From NCBI RefSeq assembly GCF_009834535.1, contig NC_045697.1, positions 44,332,001 through 44,396,000 of the forward strand: a DNA stretch of 64,000 nt. The letters are read 5' to 3'. The DNA is from Camelus ferus. Its lineage: Eukaryota. The position numbers and the translations under genes are program-made. The notes below the pieces were generated by a model. It made no database searches. It saw only the letters and a list, made by a program, of their open reading frames with translations, and was not told the DNA's origin. The stretch's first letter is position 1, and each line of letters opens with the position of its first letter. This document shows positions 62,309 to 64,000 of the stretch, piece after piece.

Positions 62309-62755
62309 TACAGGTGGATTTCCTATTAATTCTTCATGGCCCAGCATCAGTGTTACCTCCTCCACAGAGCCCTCCCTGCTCCTTTCAGACAAAATTAATG
62401 ACTTCCTCCTCTGTTTTCCCATAGCGCTTTATCCATGCCAATTATACAGCACTTACTCTATTACAGCTCACTCTTTAAGAATCCTTCCTCCCCCACAGAT
62501 TATGAGGTCTAGGGTTATTATTGATCTTTATATTTCTAGCACCAGGCATGGTGCCTGGCATGAAGTAGACATGTTCCATTATCACAAATTACTTTTATTT
62601 TTTCTCTTTCCGTGATCCCTTATCATTCCCTTCTTACCCTTTCTTTTTCTTCCTTCCTTTCCTTGAACTTAGCTTCTGGGTATGAATAAGTCATCAGAGT
62701 GGAGATCTTACCCTTTAAAAGCAATGAACCAAAATTCAAACCTTCAGTCCCTCCC

Positions 62756-63484
62756 TGTCTATCAGGCAAGGTTCAAAGAGAGAAGCAGAACCACAGATAG
62801 AGGGGTGTGCAGGGGTGTGCGTGTGTGTGCGTGTGTGCGATTGCTTACAAGGATTTGAACTATAGTTATATGCTGGTTAAACGGTCTGTGCCCAGCTGCT
62901 GCCTTCACTGTGCTGCTGGTGGACTCTGGAGCTTGAGTCCACTTGGGCAGACATTTGGGAAGGGACGGATAGATGAAAAAGGGGTGTTAGGGGAGAGCAA
63001 AGGGAAGCTCACAGGGGAGAGCATGGGCATGAACTCAAACCCAAGGACAGACTGGAACCCGTCAATTCCACCTCCAATCTTGATGATGTGCATGTCCCAC
63101 CAGAGTTGCGAGTGCCTCCCTCATGGGGCTAAACACACTGGTGACCCCGCTGTTGGAGGCTCTGAAGGGGCATCCGGAGAAGGGGAGCAGCTGTAGGCCC
63201 AGCACTGCCCCTCACTGAAGAGGAGCCAGGAGACAAACAACTGGTGTGGGAGCCACAAAAGCGCCTGCCCCAGCCTTCTGAGTGTGGAACCAGAACGGCT
63301 CTGTGCATCTAAAATTATTCCAAATTAAATTTTTTTTTTAATGGCTGCTGCTTCACTTTCCCCTCCAAATCTCATGTGAAAATAATCCTTTTTTTGCCCC
63401 ACTCTCACCAGAAACATACTGGGAAGGAAATTTTGGAAAACTTCGTTCAGGCTAGCCGAGTTGACACATTACAAATCCACCACA
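62756..63484 (-). mobile_element. MLT2-like (ERVL) solo LTR
   Basis: minus strand starts TGTGGTGGATTTGTAATGTGTCAACTCGGCTAG; left end GGTTCAAAGAGAGAAGCAGAACCA followed by a (GT)n-like tract. Confidence 0.75.
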
Positions 63485-63657
63485 ATATCCGTGGGTCTGA
63501 AATTTCTGAGATGTACTCTCTGAACTGAAAAGGCTGAGATATGGACAGTATTTTAAAAGAAAACCCCACTGTGGGCTGGGTGGTAAAGGAAAACGCTTAT
63601 TGGATTGGCTGGCAGTAGAACTGGTTCTAGAAAGCTGGATAAGAATTACACTGATGC

Positions 63658-63751
63658 GGGGTGGGAATAGCTCAGTGGTAGAGTACATTCTTATTAGCAT
63701 GCACAAGGTCCTGGGTTCAATCCTCAGAACTTCCATTAAAAAAAAAAAAAA
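63658..63751 (+). mobile_element. tRNA-derived SINE (Vic-1 type)
   Basis: ATAGCTCAGTGGTAGAG...TTAGCATGCACAAGGTCCTGGGTTCAATCCTCAG, poly-A; AAGAATTAC repeated on both flanks. Confidence 0.88.
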
Positions 63752-64000
63752 GAATTACTTGGGGAAAGATGAGGACATCACATTTGTTAGGAGACAAATC
63801 ATAGTTCTCAACAAAAGACCCTCAGTCGCCAGTGAAAGGCATAATTATGCTGAGTACATTATCTTTACTGAGGTTAGATAGATTTTAGAAAGATTATCAG
63901 TAAGAATTAAAAGCAAAGCCATCTGAACTTAACTAATTAGAACATCCTTCAGACATTATAGTTCACTGAGGTTTTTTTGTATTAATGAGTGTAATAAAGG

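Noticed and set aside
63658..63735. tRNA-like sequence (also at 16526, 32450, 55290 and 58800)
   Set aside because: SINE heads with A-rich tails and flanking repeats; no intact cloverleaf acceptor stem
1..64000. CRISPR arrays, rRNA, operons or prokaryotic defence systems
   Set aside because: The sequence is mammalian and repeat-rich; no regularly spaced repeat-spacer array or rRNA similarity seen

Overview
Mammalian genomic DNA, very probably camelid: five tRNA-derived Vic-1-type SINEs sit alongside pan-eutherian MIR, L2, L1M, MLT, MER and LTR relics. I found no intact protein-coding exon; the ORF track is mostly chance, simple-repeat or transposon-derived frames. A CpG island at ~28.4-29.4 kb carries an apparently non-coding first exon (+ strand, donor at 28735/28736), so 28.7-64 kb is probably a long first intron. 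A small RFX+CRE motif cluster at ~410-495 may be the promoter of another gene. The main accessory element is a decayed ~7.1 kb provirus (47104-54198, + strand) with two divergent LTRs, a tRNA-Ser(GCU) primer-binding site, class III (ERV-L/ERV-S-like) pro/RT/RNaseH/IN remnants and a gamma-type env. The env CX6CC motif is split exactly by a solo LTR with a perfect 5-bp TSD, and the 5' LTR has kept its CpGs while the 3' LTR has lost them. Repeat family names come from recalled consensus similarity, not from a search, and boundaries of old repeats are approximate.
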